In this document: positions 15,473 through 29,550 of the stretch, one piece after another
Numbering within the stretch: position 1 is the stretch's first letter
Layout of the letters: the number at the start of each line of letters is the position of its first letter
NCBI GenBank assembly: GCA_964016885.1
Contig: CAXHJY010000138.1
Location: forward strand, 1-64,000
Reading direction: 5' to 3'
Source of the DNA: Eledone cirrhosa
Lineage: Eukaryota
DNA: 64,000 nucleotides
Notes under the pieces: generated by a model
What the model saw: only the letters and a program-made list of their open reading frames with translations
Told to the model about the DNA's origin: nothing
Databases searched by the model: none
Position numbers and translations under genes: made by a program

Positions 15473-16829
15473 AATAAGGTCAAAGTTAAAGTAAGTTGAT
15501 TTATCCGAAAACTTGGATATGCTATTGTTACAAAGCAAACTAACAATTTTTTTTTATTTGTAGTTGCAGTCTGACTGGACTGGAAACCATCTACTACAAT
15601 TCACTTACTCAATTGTTGTATATATTTTACCATTTACTAATAAATATACCCTCCCGCGTGGTCATGAAAACCCTCTTTCGTGGTCTCTAAGCTCACAAAG
15701 CAGAGGGGACATCAAGTTAGATATCAACATTTATTCTGTCCGTTTCATTAAACGGAAAATTGGAAAGCTTTGAAATATAATTGCCACTTTCTCCCAGATA
15801 TGAGCACTCTTTGGATAGACAGAGTTGCTCTTGTATAAATGTTCAAAATAGCTGGCAACGCCTGGTGGGAATATAACAAATTCAACTGGTCCTTATTCAT
15901 AAAAAAGAACATTTATGTCCCTTTTTTTGAAATTATATATATTTCCTTTCAAGGAATGTATTTATACTCTCAGCTGCCTGCAATGGTATCTTTGGAATAT
16001 TGTTAATCAATTTTTTAGTAATCTACTGATATCAAAATCAGTAGTATATTGAAAAATGGAAAAATAGGGTAGGGGGCGTTTCGTGATTTCAAGGGACAAA
16101 AGGGGGCGTTTGGCTTAAATGGGTTGAGAACCTGTGATCTACATGATATTCGGGGTAGCCATGGTGAGGTATGGTGAATCAGTGCGTCGTGTATTCTGAA
16201 ATTTAAGCTTGTGGATACGAAGAGGGTCTTACACAAAAAAATGTCTTAGACAATAAATAATATGTTTATAATTCTATTTGCAATAGATACAAATGGAAGG
16301 ATAAACAACCACAAGGCATAGCCAAATTACCTATGATGATAAAAGCACGTTCCAGAAAATGACATTAATATGGTCTGAAAATGGAAAGGGCTGCCGTCGG
16401 TACGGCTGTGTGTATTCCAATTGTTAGATCTCTCGCTCTGATTGATCGAAAGATCCCAGACCTCATTTGCTTGCCTAGAGGGGTGGACCTCCTCAAATCG
16501 GACTAAGGAAACAATGTTTCCATTGGTCTTTCCATTGTTAATACTATCTAACTGTCGCAACCCCTAGCAAACAGAGCAACGTGAAATAAGGTGTCTGGCT
16601 GAAGGAGAAAACACATCACCCGGTCCGAGAATTGAACTCGCAACCTCACGATTGCGAATAAAACTCTTTACCAGTAAGCCACACATTTTAGAAGAATAAT
16701 ATAAAAGACTAATAGATTTATTTCTTCTTGACTTCCGTTTTGTTTCATCTTGGTTATTTTGTTCTTTATCAAAGGGATCAATATCTATCTATTGGGTTCG
16801 GTTTAGGGTTAACATAGTCAGAGCATATA

Positions 16830-17230
16830 TATCAAAGGGACGAATCACTGCTTCGTCTCTCACACTTATAAGTAAATGAGGGCCCACGGTCTTGTGGCCA
16901 AGCGACCCCGGCGGAAAGAATAGAGAAGGCGTTTCCCCGGAGGATGGTGAGAGCGACGCGTTGGAAGAGCCATTCCTGGTCGCGAGGCTCACACCAGCGC
17001 GTAGCCACCTCCGTGCCGATGGTATTGAGTAGAGAAGTGGTCCTATGGCCGAGAACACCAGAAGTCTCCACTGCTACATGCTACGGGCTCGACCCCAAAC
17101 CTGTCGGAGAGCGACCGATATTTGGGGAGTTTACCTTCCTCGGTCCGAAATGCAGCAGAGCCTGGATTAATCGCAGACTGCACCAGGTTACCGCTGGAGA
17201 AAGGGTCTCTGCATTAGCATCTGAAGGATG
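16830..17230 (-). mobile_element. CRE-clade non-LTR retrotransposon 3' fragment (restriction-like endonuclease end)
   Basis: VETSGVLG...LLNTIG...WLFQRVALTILRGNAFSIL; a similar 3' segment lies at ~53920-54090. Confidence 0.7.
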
Positions 17231-17544
17231 GAATGTTAAGAAAGCCGGAATTTTGACTCATTCTTTAAAGTAATGTAACAAAATTCCATACACCTGTTTA
17301 CAGATTTTGCCAGAATAACTATAATGGTTTCGAATTTAGGCACAAGGACAGCAATTTTCAGGAGAAGGAAGAGTCCATTATATACTTAAATAGTGTTTTA
17401 TTTTCTCGACACCGGAAGGAAGGCAAATATTAACTCTGCCGGATTTGGTATCGTAATTTAATTCAGTAATATATTTACTCCAGTCCTCTGCAGATTCTGT
17501 CACGATTACAATGGTAAAACTATAACAAAAATAAAACTATGCGT

Positions 17545-18290
17545 CGTGGTGGTGGTGATGGTAATGGTGATGGTAGTGGTGGTGGTGGTAGTGGTGGTGA
17601 TGGTAATGGTGATGGTAGTGGTGGTGGTGGTAGTGGTGGTGATGGTAATGGTGGTGGTGGTAGTGGTGGTAATGGTGGTGGTGATGGTAATGGCGGTGGT
17701 GGTAGTGGTGATAATGGTGGTGGTGGTGGTGATGGTAATGGTGGTGGTAGTGGTGGTAATGGTGGTGGTGATGGTAATGGTGGTGGTGATCGTGGTGGTA
17801 GTGGTGATAATGGTGGTGGTGGTGGTGGTGATGGTAATGGTGGTGGTGATGGTGATGGTGATGGTGGTGGTAGTGGTGGTAATGGTGGTGGTGGTGGTAA
17901 TGGTGATGGTGGTGGTAATGGTAGTGGTGGTAATGGTGGTGGTGATGGTGATGATGGTGGTGATGGTGATGGTAATGGTGGGGGTGATGGTGGCGGCGGT
18001 GGTAATAGTGATAGCGGTGGTGTTGATGGAGATCATGATGATGGTGATGATAGTGGTGGTGGTGGCGGCGGCGGTAATGGTGATAGAGATGATGATGATA
18101 ATGATGATGATGGTTGTGGAAGTGTTGATAATGGAGGTGGTGGTGGTGTGGTGTGGTGTTGGTGGTGATATTGATGATGGAGTTGATGATAATGGTGGTG
18201 ATGATGATGCTGATGTTGATTGTGATGATGATGATGGTGATGATGATGTTTGTGATGATAATGGTTGTGGTAATGATGGCGCTGATGATA
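17545..18290. repeat. (GGT/GAT)n degenerate trinucleotide tract
   Basis: Direct inspection. Confidence 0.95.
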
Positions 18291-18519
18291 ACTGCTTACG
18301 AGGAAGATACAATTAAATTACACTATTCAGTTTTTCTCATTTATTTCATTTTCAATATCATTAATATTTTTATTTGGAATAAAAATAAAAATTCCTCTCA
18401 TAATTCTGCCAATATCTTTTTTTTTTTTGTTTGGTTTTTACTTTTTATTTGGTTCTGTTTTTTTTTTCTTTTAATGATTCTCTTGTTTTATGTTTACTGT
18501 AGAGTTGTTGATTGCTGTT

Positions 18520-19540
18520 GAGAATGTGAGTAGAGGGGGGGGGAAGTGGGAGAGAGGGGGAGAGTATGGGGAAGGATGTGAGTGAGTAGAGGGAGAGAGA
18601 GGAGAGAGAGAAAGTGGGAGAGAGGGGAGAGTATGGGGAAGGATGTGAGTGAGTAGAGGGAGAGAGAGAGGGGGAATGACAGTAGGGGGAGAGTAAGTGG
18701 GAGAGACTGGGGAAGGACGTGAGTGAGTGGGGGAAGAAAGAGAGAGTAGGGTAGGGGGAGAATGGGGGGAGATTGGGAAGGATGTGAGTGAGTAGAGGGA
18801 GAGAGGAGAAGAGAATGGGGAAGGATATGAGTGAGTAGAGGGAGAGAGGGAGGGGTGAAAGAAGAGGGAGAGAATGGGGAATGGTTGGGGGGGCGAGAAG
18901 GTCGAGAGTGATGGTGAGAGAGTTATTGGGTGTCGTTGTGTCAGAGGCTGAGATACCAAGTTGAAGAGAGAGAGAAAGAGATAAAGAAAGAAAGAAAGAA
19001 AGAAGCGCCAAAAAAAGAAAGAGAGAAAGAAAGAATGAGAGAAAGAAAGCGAGGAAGAAAGAAAGAAAGAGAGAAAGAAAGCGAGAATGATACAAAAGCA
19101 AAGACAAAAGACAGTGGCGAAAGGTGAGGAAGAAAATAGAAAATGAGAAAAAATGAAGGTGTGGAAAGAAGAACAGAAATAGAAGGAGGCTAAGCTAGAA
19201 AATGAAAGAAATCGAGTGAGATAGTGTGTATGTGTGTGAAAGAGAGAGAGTGTGTGTGTGTGTGTGTGAAAGAGAGAAAGAATGAAAGAGAGAAGCGAGA
19301 GAGAAAATATAGATGGGGAATGATATGGGAAGATATATAGAGAGATAAAAGATAGAGAGATGACAAAAAAGAAGGGGAAAACAGAGAGTGAGAAAATGAG
19401 GAGGAGGAGGAGGAGGAACCAAGAGAGAAAAGACAGGAAGAAAGAGAAATGGAAAGATAATGAGAGCAATAAGATAGATAGAGAGATAGGGGGGAAGAGA
19501 AAGATGGCAAAAAAAAAGAAGGGGAAAGAGTGTGAGAAAA
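18520..19540. repeat. Purine-rich low-complexity region with a degenerate ~60-bp unit (ggggaaggatgtgagtgagtagagggagag)
   Basis: Unit recurs 5-6 times in 18520-18870. Confidence 0.8.
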
Positions 19541-19990
19541 TAGGTTGGGTGGGCTACCAAGAAGTTCTAATGGGATTTACAAAGAATACAAAATGTCTGT
19601 TTAGTCAAGACAATTATCTCTAATTATTACCGTTGTTTTATGAGAGTTAATTGTAAATTTTGGAGTTAATATATAATATGTACGTTGTTGAGTACGAAGA
19701 TGGCCCTGAAAGACTTGGGGGGGGATTTTCGGAGCACGATAATTACACAAACAAATAAAAGATAAATCTAAATTATGTTGCATAAAAACAAACACGTAAC
19801 AACAAACATATAATAATAATAATAATAATAATAATTGTTTCTACTTTTGTCACAAGACCAGCAAATATTCCAGTGTATTACGGGGTACTTTATTTTATCG
19901 ACCTCGTAAGGATGAAAGGCAAAGTTAACCTCGGCGGGATTTGAAATCAGACCATAATAATAATAATAATAATGATAATAATAATAATAA

Positions 19991-20470
19991 TTTACCACAT
20001 TCTGAGAAGTAGTATGAGCATAAGCCAGAGTCGGTGAAAGAAAACGATCGAGTTAAGGTGCTATGGGATTTCAGGATACAGACGGACAAGAAATTAGAAC
20101 ACGATAGACCTGACCTGGTGGTTTTTGATAAGGAAAAAAGATCGTGCCTGATTGTAGATGTAGCCTGCCCATTTGACGCGAGAGTGCCAGAAAAGGATAA
20201 GAAAATTAACCGATACAAGAATTTAAAGTGGGAGTTTAAAAATATTTGGGACTGTCATGAGATCAAGGTTGTGCCGATTGTCATAGGAGCACTAGGTACT
20301 ATCTCAAAGAGTTTTCAAGGATGGTTAAAGAACATTAGTCCAACACCCTTTTTTGGAACACTTCAAAAGGTATGCTTTCTGGGAACAGCAAGAACCCTCT
20401 GGTATGTCCTGAATATCTGAGGCTACAGGTAGCGGCTCGATGTTCATTTGAACAGACGTTCCAGTTAAAT
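19991..20470 (+). mobile_element. R4/Dong-like (REL-endonuclease) LINE 3' fragment next to (TAA)n
   Basis: ORF 20034-20420: KVLWDFRIQTD...RPDLVVFDK...IVDVACP...K..Y..L...VVPIVIGALG; directly follows a (TAA)n tract at 19954-19990. Confidence 0.8.
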
Positions 20471-20479
20471 AACATCAAA

Positions 20480-20980
20480 GAATAATAACTTTAGCATCCA
20501 AACAGACCGAAAAATAGATGCAAATAGACCTTATATATAACTGAAGGTCTTCAAAAAGGGGGTATGCCTGCTAATTGATATGTCCGTTCCAATAGACAAG
20601 AATGTGTCTATAAAAACATTTGAAAAATTGAGCAAGACCTGGAGATAGAAATTGGAAAAATGTGGAAGTTGAGAACTAAAACAATACCAGTGGTTGTAGG
20701 CGCTCTAGGAATGATACCTAAGGGGTCTAATGATTACTTATCCCAAATCCTGGGAAACCCGCATATAGAAATTTAACAAAAGATGCTACTAATGGGAACT
20801 GTCCATATACTAAGGAAGATTCTGTCAATATAAATACATCACAAGAGTAAACACCTAAAGATACATGTGTGTGTGTATGTATGTTCTTTCTTGAACATGG
20901 CGGACCTTGTTGTCTGTTGAGGTCACTGGTTGTGACTTGGTGATAACTCGTATGAACATAAAGCAAGATTTTTAAAAAAA
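20480..20980 (+). mobile_element. Second, divergent REL-endonuclease LINE 3' fragment ending at (TAA)n
   Basis: IQTDRKIDANRP...LLIDMSVPID...KTIPVVVGALGMIP; aataataa before and taataataat after. Confidence 0.7.
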
Positions 20981-21620
20981 TAATAATAATAATGATTTCT
21001 TATATAGGCACAAGGCCAGTAATTTGGGGGAGGGGGAAGTCGATTAAATCGACTCCACTACATTACTGGTGCTTTATTTTATCGACCCCGTAAGGATGAA
21101 AGGCAAAGTTAACCTCGGCGGGATTTGAACTCAGACCGATGAGGGGCGTAACTCTATGCTGCAAAGCATGGCGTCCGACCCTCTAGCGGTACTGCCAATC
21201 CACAATATCAAGAGGAGAAAGTGCCAACGAAAGGTGGGGAATTACTTAAATGAGATGTCAGCTAATTTAACTGACACAAGTGCATGTGTAAATATACACA
21301 GACAATGTTTCTTGACATCGATACATAACCATAAATTTGGATGGAGAAGAAAATCGATAAAATCAGAGCAGTACTTCACTGGTACTTTATTTTATCCAAC
21401 CCTGAAAGGAAGTTAAGTAAAGTTGACCTCGGTGTGATTTGACCTCATAACTCAAGATAGTTTGTGGTAGTCGTTCCGGTTCGATGAGTTCTGATTTCAA
21501 ATCATTCCGGGGTGCAAATTTCCTTTACATTCTATCGAGATCGATAAAAGGATATACGTCCAGTATTGGCGACAATTCTTACTCAATATCTCTTTCAAAC
21601 TTTCCCTCAATAACTCCCTT

Positions 21621-22976
<1,356 letters not shown>

Positions 22977-23100
22977 TTCACTGGAAGAAATTGGGCTGCA
23001 TCAGACCCGGAGAAGGGTTTAAAGTACCAAGCTACGCTGTATATCATTATGGCGCCATTACAACTCCATTGCAGTTTTGAGTTCATACATACATATATAC

Positions 23101-23142
<42 letters not shown>

Positions 23143-23365
23143 GGCATGTATGAGTGTGTATATCGTGTGATTAATGAAATTGGAGTTTTTATTATAATAG
23201 ATTGACATCAATTCAACAAAGTGCGCAAGTCAGGTCAAGTAGTATTGTTAATAATAGAGCCCCTACTACAGTCTTCCTTTCTATCACTAACTTTATTTCC
23301 CCTCTGTCATTCTCGATAATGTTTCGTATTTACTCAACCTCATTCCCCCTGTCTCTCTAACCCCG

Positions 23366-23420
<55 letters not shown>

Positions 23421-23519
23421 CTTGTCTATCTAGCTTCTCTCTCTCTCCTATATATATATATATATATATAGTAATAATAAAAAATGTGAAGATTAAATCC
23501 GAAGAGGGCTCGATAAGGA

Positions 23520-23823
23520 TTGTATATATATAAATTATATATATAAATTATATATATAAAAATTATATATATATATAAATTATATATATATAAATTATAT
23601 ATATAAATTATATATATATATTATATATATAAATGATATATATAAATTATATATATAAATTATATATATAAATTATATATATAAATTATATATATAAATT
23701 ATATATATAAATTATATATATAAATTATATATATAAATTATATATATAAATTATATATATATATTATTATATAATATTATATATATATATATTATATATA
23801 TATATTATATATATATTATATAT

Positions 23824-23865
<42 letters not shown>

Positions 23866-24045
23866 ATTATATATATATATTATATATATAAATTATATAT
23901 ATATATTATATATATATATTATATATATATATTATATATATAAATTATATATATATATTATATATATATATTATATATATAAATTATATATATATATTAT
24001 ATATATAAATTATATATATTATATTATATATATCTATATATATAA
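23520..24045. repeat. AT minisatellite (aaattatatatat-type units)
   Basis: Direct inspection. Confidence 0.85.
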
Positions 24046-24049
24046 AAAT

Positions 24050-24395
24050 TCCCTAGATCCCATGGACAAGTTCTCTCCAGCGGTCTCTGTCCCTCATTAT
24101 CGCTGCCATGTTCTGCGTCTCCAACAGACCAGTGTATGTCCTTAGGGCATCAACATATGTCAACCTCGGTCTTCCTCTGTCAGTGTGTCCCATGCAGGGG
24201 CTCCCACCAAGAGCACCAAGTGCAGTGTCAACCCTGAATGTCGGTGAGCATGTCCAGCTAACCTCAGTCTCCTCTGTGCTACTCTCAAACTGACTTTGGA
24301 TGGTCCCGTACAGCTCTTAGTTCTTCGTCCTCAGTGTATACTGATTAATGTTCAGAGCCACCCTCAGCATTCTCGTGTAGAACCCATCCACCATC
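24050..24395 (-). mobile_element. RTE-clade LINE 3' fragment (paralog of 5970-6330)
   Basis: Clear nucleotide similarity to the 6-kb copy. Confidence 0.75.
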
Positions 24396-24588
24396 TCCCT
24401 CTATATATATATCCTCTGTCTCTCTAACCTCTCCTTCTCTCACTCTCTGATATCCACTTTTCTAAAAAAAACAGCACCAACAGTTTTGCAAGAGATGTCA
24501 ACATGAATGGACCTATTATTTTTATCTAAAGACATTTTTTCCAATTCCATCCCGCCCGTCCCCTCAATCTATTTTATTTCTCATTCTT

Positions 24589-24624
24589 TCTTCTGATGAA
24601 GGACTAGCGTCCGAAACGTTAAGA
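24589..24624 (+). ncRNA. Minimal hammerhead ribozyme
   Basis: tctt-CTGATGA-a ggac tagc gtcc-GAAA-cg-TT-aaga. Confidence 0.78.
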
Positions 24625-24703
24625 CCCTCTTCCTGCTATATCAACGTTAACCTAATATATACCTTCCATATACTGTACCGATTGTGTTGCTTTTTCTGTT
24701 TAC

Positions 24704-24752
<49 letters not shown>

Positions 24753-24896
24753 CTCTCTCTCTGAATTATTTATTTCCCATTCACATTTTATTGTACTTCT
24801 CCAGTTAAAACTATTGCTGACTCCGCTACACACACACATATCGGCATGTTATTACCCCGGACTTTAGATGTATGTATTATGTATTTCTATATGCAT

Positions 24897-24928
<32 letters not shown>

Positions 24929-25099
24929 CACACACACACACCACACACGCACACACATACACCCCCACACCCACACATATATATATAAGTGTTTATCCCG
25001 GGTTCAGTCGGGGGTGACCACAGTGAGTAAGGTACTCAATACATAGCAGATTTCTTCCGAATGAAACAGTTCTAGTCCTGTAGAAGCCATTTCTATACA

Positions 25100-25143
<44 letters not shown>

Positions 25144-25227
25144 GATATTAATAAATGGAAACTATATTTATAAAATCAGTTATAAAAATATTTGCTTGTT
25201 GTATCCCAACAATTTAAATAGAACTTT

Positions 25228-25261
<34 letters not shown>

Positions 25262-26449
25262 TTTATTCAAATAACATATTAAAGTTTAAGCAAAGAATCG
25301 CTGCTTTCACCCTTAAACTTTAATCTGTTATTTTAATAAATATTTGCTCCAGGGTTCTTATATATTTTATATATATTTATCCTTATCGAACCCTCTTTGG
25401 ATTTTAGTCTTCAAATTTATTATTACTATATATTATTTCTACGTAACAGCAACTGATGTATTATGGAGGGATTAAATATAAGCAAACAACAAATAAGTCG
25501 CTGGTTTCCTTTTTAATCCAATATGGTTGTGAGAATGATAATTCTTCGCTAACGAAATATGTCATAGTAGAAAGAATCCACAGCTATATCTAATAACTAT
25601 CACATCAAAATATCATAAATATCATCTCGTTATGTCAGAGTTTCTTATCTACAATGTTTAAGATGATGAAATCTAAAGCAAACAAATAGAGAGGTTTTCC
25701 ATCATTTTATTTTGTTTTATGATGTTGTTCAGATAATCCAAACTCTAAACACCCAAACGGGGAGTAACATGAAAGAAATGTGTGGCAAAATAGGGAGATT
25801 TTACATAATGAAAGCTATAACCATTTTCATAAGAAAAGACAACTGTGACTAATCTCAAAGTGGGTGGGAGATCTCCCCGTCGGACGGGGAAGTTGACAGG
25901 TCTGAAAATATATCTTAGTAGAAAGAATCTATAACTGTATCTAATAAGTATCACATCAAAATATCATCTCATTCTGTCGGAGTTTCATATGTACGATGTT
26001 TAAATGCTGAAATCCAAATACAGACATTTTCCTTCATTTGATTATTTTTTAAGTTGTTGTTGCAAGCTAACTTAGTAAAGGATTAAATGAAACTTTAGAG
26101 CAACTATCATTCCAGCCAGACTTTTGTTACATACTTACCAGATGTGTATGTATGTATGTATGGGCTCGTAACACCTGATAGAGTCGTAGGGGCGCCGTAT
26201 TGACATACGGCGTGTGGGGGCATGTTTAAGCCTGGCTGAGCCCATCCCCTACTCAGGTCTGAGTACAGCAGATATTTTCCAGAGAAAGATAGAAAATGAG
26301 AGAGAGGAAATGAGAAAGAGATATAGAGGAAGAATCGACCTCAGTATTAGACTGGTACTTTTTTATGGACCACGAAAGGATGAAAGAAAAAGTAGACCTC
26401 GGCGCAATTTGAAGTCAGGAGGCAGAAAGCCGGAACGAATACTATAATG

Positions 26450-26616
26450 CAGGCATGTCAAACTGAGGGTCCCACGAGGACCACACGGGTCACATATGTG
26501 TTGTCAGAGGGCCACACACGACAACTATTTTTTTTTATTATTTTATATTACGAAGATAAAACATGCTCGCGCTGTAAAAACCTTTGTGCGGGCCGCAAGT
26601 GTGCTTCATATGCCTG
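26450..26616. mobile_element. hAT-type MITE inserted in a SINE
   Basis: TIR caggcat/atgcctg; 8-bp TSD ctataatg/ctataaag. Confidence 0.8.
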
Positions 26617-27202
26617 CTATAAAGCATTGTATCCGACGTTCCTACGGTTCTGCCAATTCGCCGCTTTAGATGATGTGTACAAAAATAGAAAACTGTTTAT
26701 CCAACAGATATTGGTGAACCAGTAACATTCTATCAAATAAAGTATACAAAGGCAATTTGAATATTTCTTATATAGATTCACAAATTATAGATTTTCCACT
26801 TTTATTTCCTGGAATATGAGCTGTCTCATTACTGATTACTTCGTCTCTAAATTAGAATATTATTCGGAGCATTCATTGTTAATCCTGAATATTTATCGAT
26901 CCAGTCAGAAATGAACTTTAATAATGCTATTTATATATGATAGTAACTTTACAGGATATAATTATTAACCTATTGCCAGACGCGCTGAGTTTTTATTGTC
27001 ATTCAAAATTAGTAAGAAAGTGAGAAAATTATTTAAATTCACTTATATTGACACAAGCATAACAGTATAATGAAATGTTGTCTTGGAATAATATATTGAC
27101 AAGTTTTGTACTAACTGAGCAGTTCTTTTGAACAAGTGATGTTTAATATAGCCCCGGGAGAGCGGAATTTAATAAACAGAAACTGTGTAGCGTAACCATT
27201 AA

Positions 27203-27378
<176 letters not shown>

Positions 27379-27519
27379 ACACAATCAGGAAGGATTAAGT
27401 TTGAAACTGGTTAGACGATTTCTCAACAGAGTGCTCGATACCTGGGGCAGTAGAGTATGGTTATGTTATAACAATTAGTAGTTGAAACGGTTAGCACTCA
27501 GCCGTCGGGTTCCGACTCT

Positions 27520-27573
<54 letters not shown>

Positions 27574-27631
27574 TCATTTCAAAACCTGTCCCCAAACAGG
27601 ATTTTTATATTAATACTTTCAATAAACATAT

Positions 27632-27775
27632 TTCATCATTTCTGAAGATGGCATGTATATGTGAGGGTATGTATATCTCCTCTGATAATTTGTAATTTTG
27701 TTTACATAGATCTTTAACATGATATACATACCAACACACATATATATATCCCAGAAACGATCGCAAAATGATGAA
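27632..27775 (+). ncRNA. Hammerhead with ~105-nt stem II insertion (U16.1 mutated to C here; paralog 51464-51600 on - retains TA)
   Basis: ttcatcattt-CTGAAGA-tgg..ggtatgtatatc...gatatacatacc..cca-GAAA-cgatcg-CA-aaatgatgaa; 10-bp stem I. Confidence 0.75.
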
Positions 27776-27835
27776 TGTTTCAATAAAAGAAACCTGTTCT
27801 TTGTTTTTATTTCATTATTTTTATTAATATATATA

Positions 27836-28152
27836 TCATCATCATCATCATTTTACGTCCGCTTTTCCCTGCTTGCAAGGGTGGAACGGGTCTTATTAAG
27901 CACGGTCCTTTGTCATCTCCTTAGTGACCTTGAGCGATCTGAGGTCTGCTCTCACCCCGCCGCCCATGATTTTCGTGGTCTTCTTCTACTGCGTCTTCCT
28001 TCTTCTGGGATTTCTTGGCACTTCTTTACCCAGCGGTCATTTTCCATGCGCATCACATGTCCATACCATCGCTGTCTTCTCTCCCGCACACTACAGCCTA
28101 TCCCTCTTATACACAGTTCCTCTCTCAACTCGTCTATGCTTAGTCGTTCACG
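27836..28152 (-). mobile_element. RTE-clade LINE 3' fragment with (GAT)n tail
   Basis: RERRQRWYGHVMRM...GRRSRRRPRKSW; longer paralog at 53343-53850. Confidence 0.8.
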
Positions 28153-28210
<58 letters not shown>

Positions 28211-28213
<3 letters not shown>

Positions 28214-28467
28214 AAAGATCAAAAGATGGTTAAAAGGGTTCCAAGTATTTTATTATGCGCATTTCAAAAACAAATATCATCATGAGATGATATCTGCGTT
28301 TTCATCAGATAAAATAGGGATACATTATATGAAGGTTAAAAAACACTTGTGAATAGTGAAGTTTTAAATCAACATATCTTATATTATTTATACACCAGTC
28401 CTACAACTGTAAAGTGGTACTTATCCGATATTTGCATTGCTTTATTGTACTACAATAAAACTCACCT

Positions 28468-28470
<3 letters not shown>
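28211..28470 (-). mobile_element. ~260-bp hammerhead element (ribozyme 28246-28316); paralog 40308-40697
   Basis: tattttat-CTGATGA-aaacgcagatatcatc tcat gatgatatttgttttt-GAAA-tgcgca-TA-ataaaata; flanked by (TA)n. Confidence 0.85.
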
Positions 28471-28560
<90 letters not shown>

Positions 28561-28561
<1 letters not shown>

Positions 28562-29531
28562 TATTTCTTTTATTTGCCACTAGGGCATCAAAAGTGGGAC
28601 AAGTACAAAGGGGGGAGTTTACACAAAAAGGCGTCCTCAATAAGGAGGAGGCAATAACAAAATATAAAAATAAAATAAGATATAACAAAAAATAAAATTT
28701 TTAACAAAATCCTCAATAGAGAGGAGGCGCCTTGGGGGGTCGCACACACCCCCGAAAAAAGTGTGCAACCCTTCTCCTCAGGAGCACAGAGAAGGGGTGC
28801 TCCCTTGGTCTTTCATCTTCCTCACCTATAGTCTGATGTAGAGTGAAGGCCCATTCACACGGGCCATTCTCGCCACTTTCACCCATCTTTCATAGAAACG
28901 GCTGGGGTGCAGCACCTCTCTCTCCATCCTGATCCTTCTTCCGAAATGATATCGGAAGAAACGGACCAGTTGTTGGCCAGAGAGAAAGGTGCCCGACCTC
29001 AGTCCTTTCAGACGCGTCCACCATACAACCTCTTTCGCCATGGCTATTACGCACAGAAACACCGCCTCTGCTTCATTGAAGGGGGGAGGCGGCTTGATCA
29101 TTACAATAGACTCGGTGGTCAACCGGATCGGTCCCACCCTTGACAGCAGTTGTTCGACATAGCCCCACAGATCGGCTACGCCCGAGCAGTGTACTAATGC
29201 GTGTGCAACGGTTTCCTCGTCGCACACGCATCTGGGACAGATCTTTTTGGCGGGGTCCCTACCCGGGCGCCCGTGTCTGTAGAGCCTTTCTCGAACGGGT
29301 AAAGCCCCTCGGTAGCACTGCCAGGCCAGGGACTTCTGGAAGTTGTCCATAGGTCCCGGGCTGAATGTCCTACCGAACAGGCTGGCCAGTTCGTCCTCCT
29401 CCATGTCTAGGGCTTCTCCGAGGGCGTCGTCGCACCTGCTGCGTACCAGCCCTCTATAGAATGTTGCGGTGGAGTCTCCACTGATAACCGGATCCGCCTG
29501 CCAGAGGGCGGTGAGCGCCTGGGCACACTCA
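28561..29531 (-). mobile_element. Tx1/L1-clade LINE copy A, 5'-truncated (~970 bp)
   Basis: Nearly identical to the 3' end of copy B (one 3-bp deletion); (GATA)n on both sides. Confidence 0.92.
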
Positions 29532-29550
29532 GATAGATAGATAGATAGAT

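Larger units (their letters stand above)
13720..16135 (+). mobile_element. Decayed hAT (Charlie/Buster-type) DNA transposon
   Basis: Right end aatgggttgagaacctgtg; ggggcgttt subterminal motifs at both ends; transposase remnants inside; left terminus unclear. Confidence 0.7.

Noticed and set aside
25545-26060. Diverged ~140-bp direct duplication (25545-25690 / 25915-26020)
   Set aside because: Ordinary old local duplication with no further structure seen
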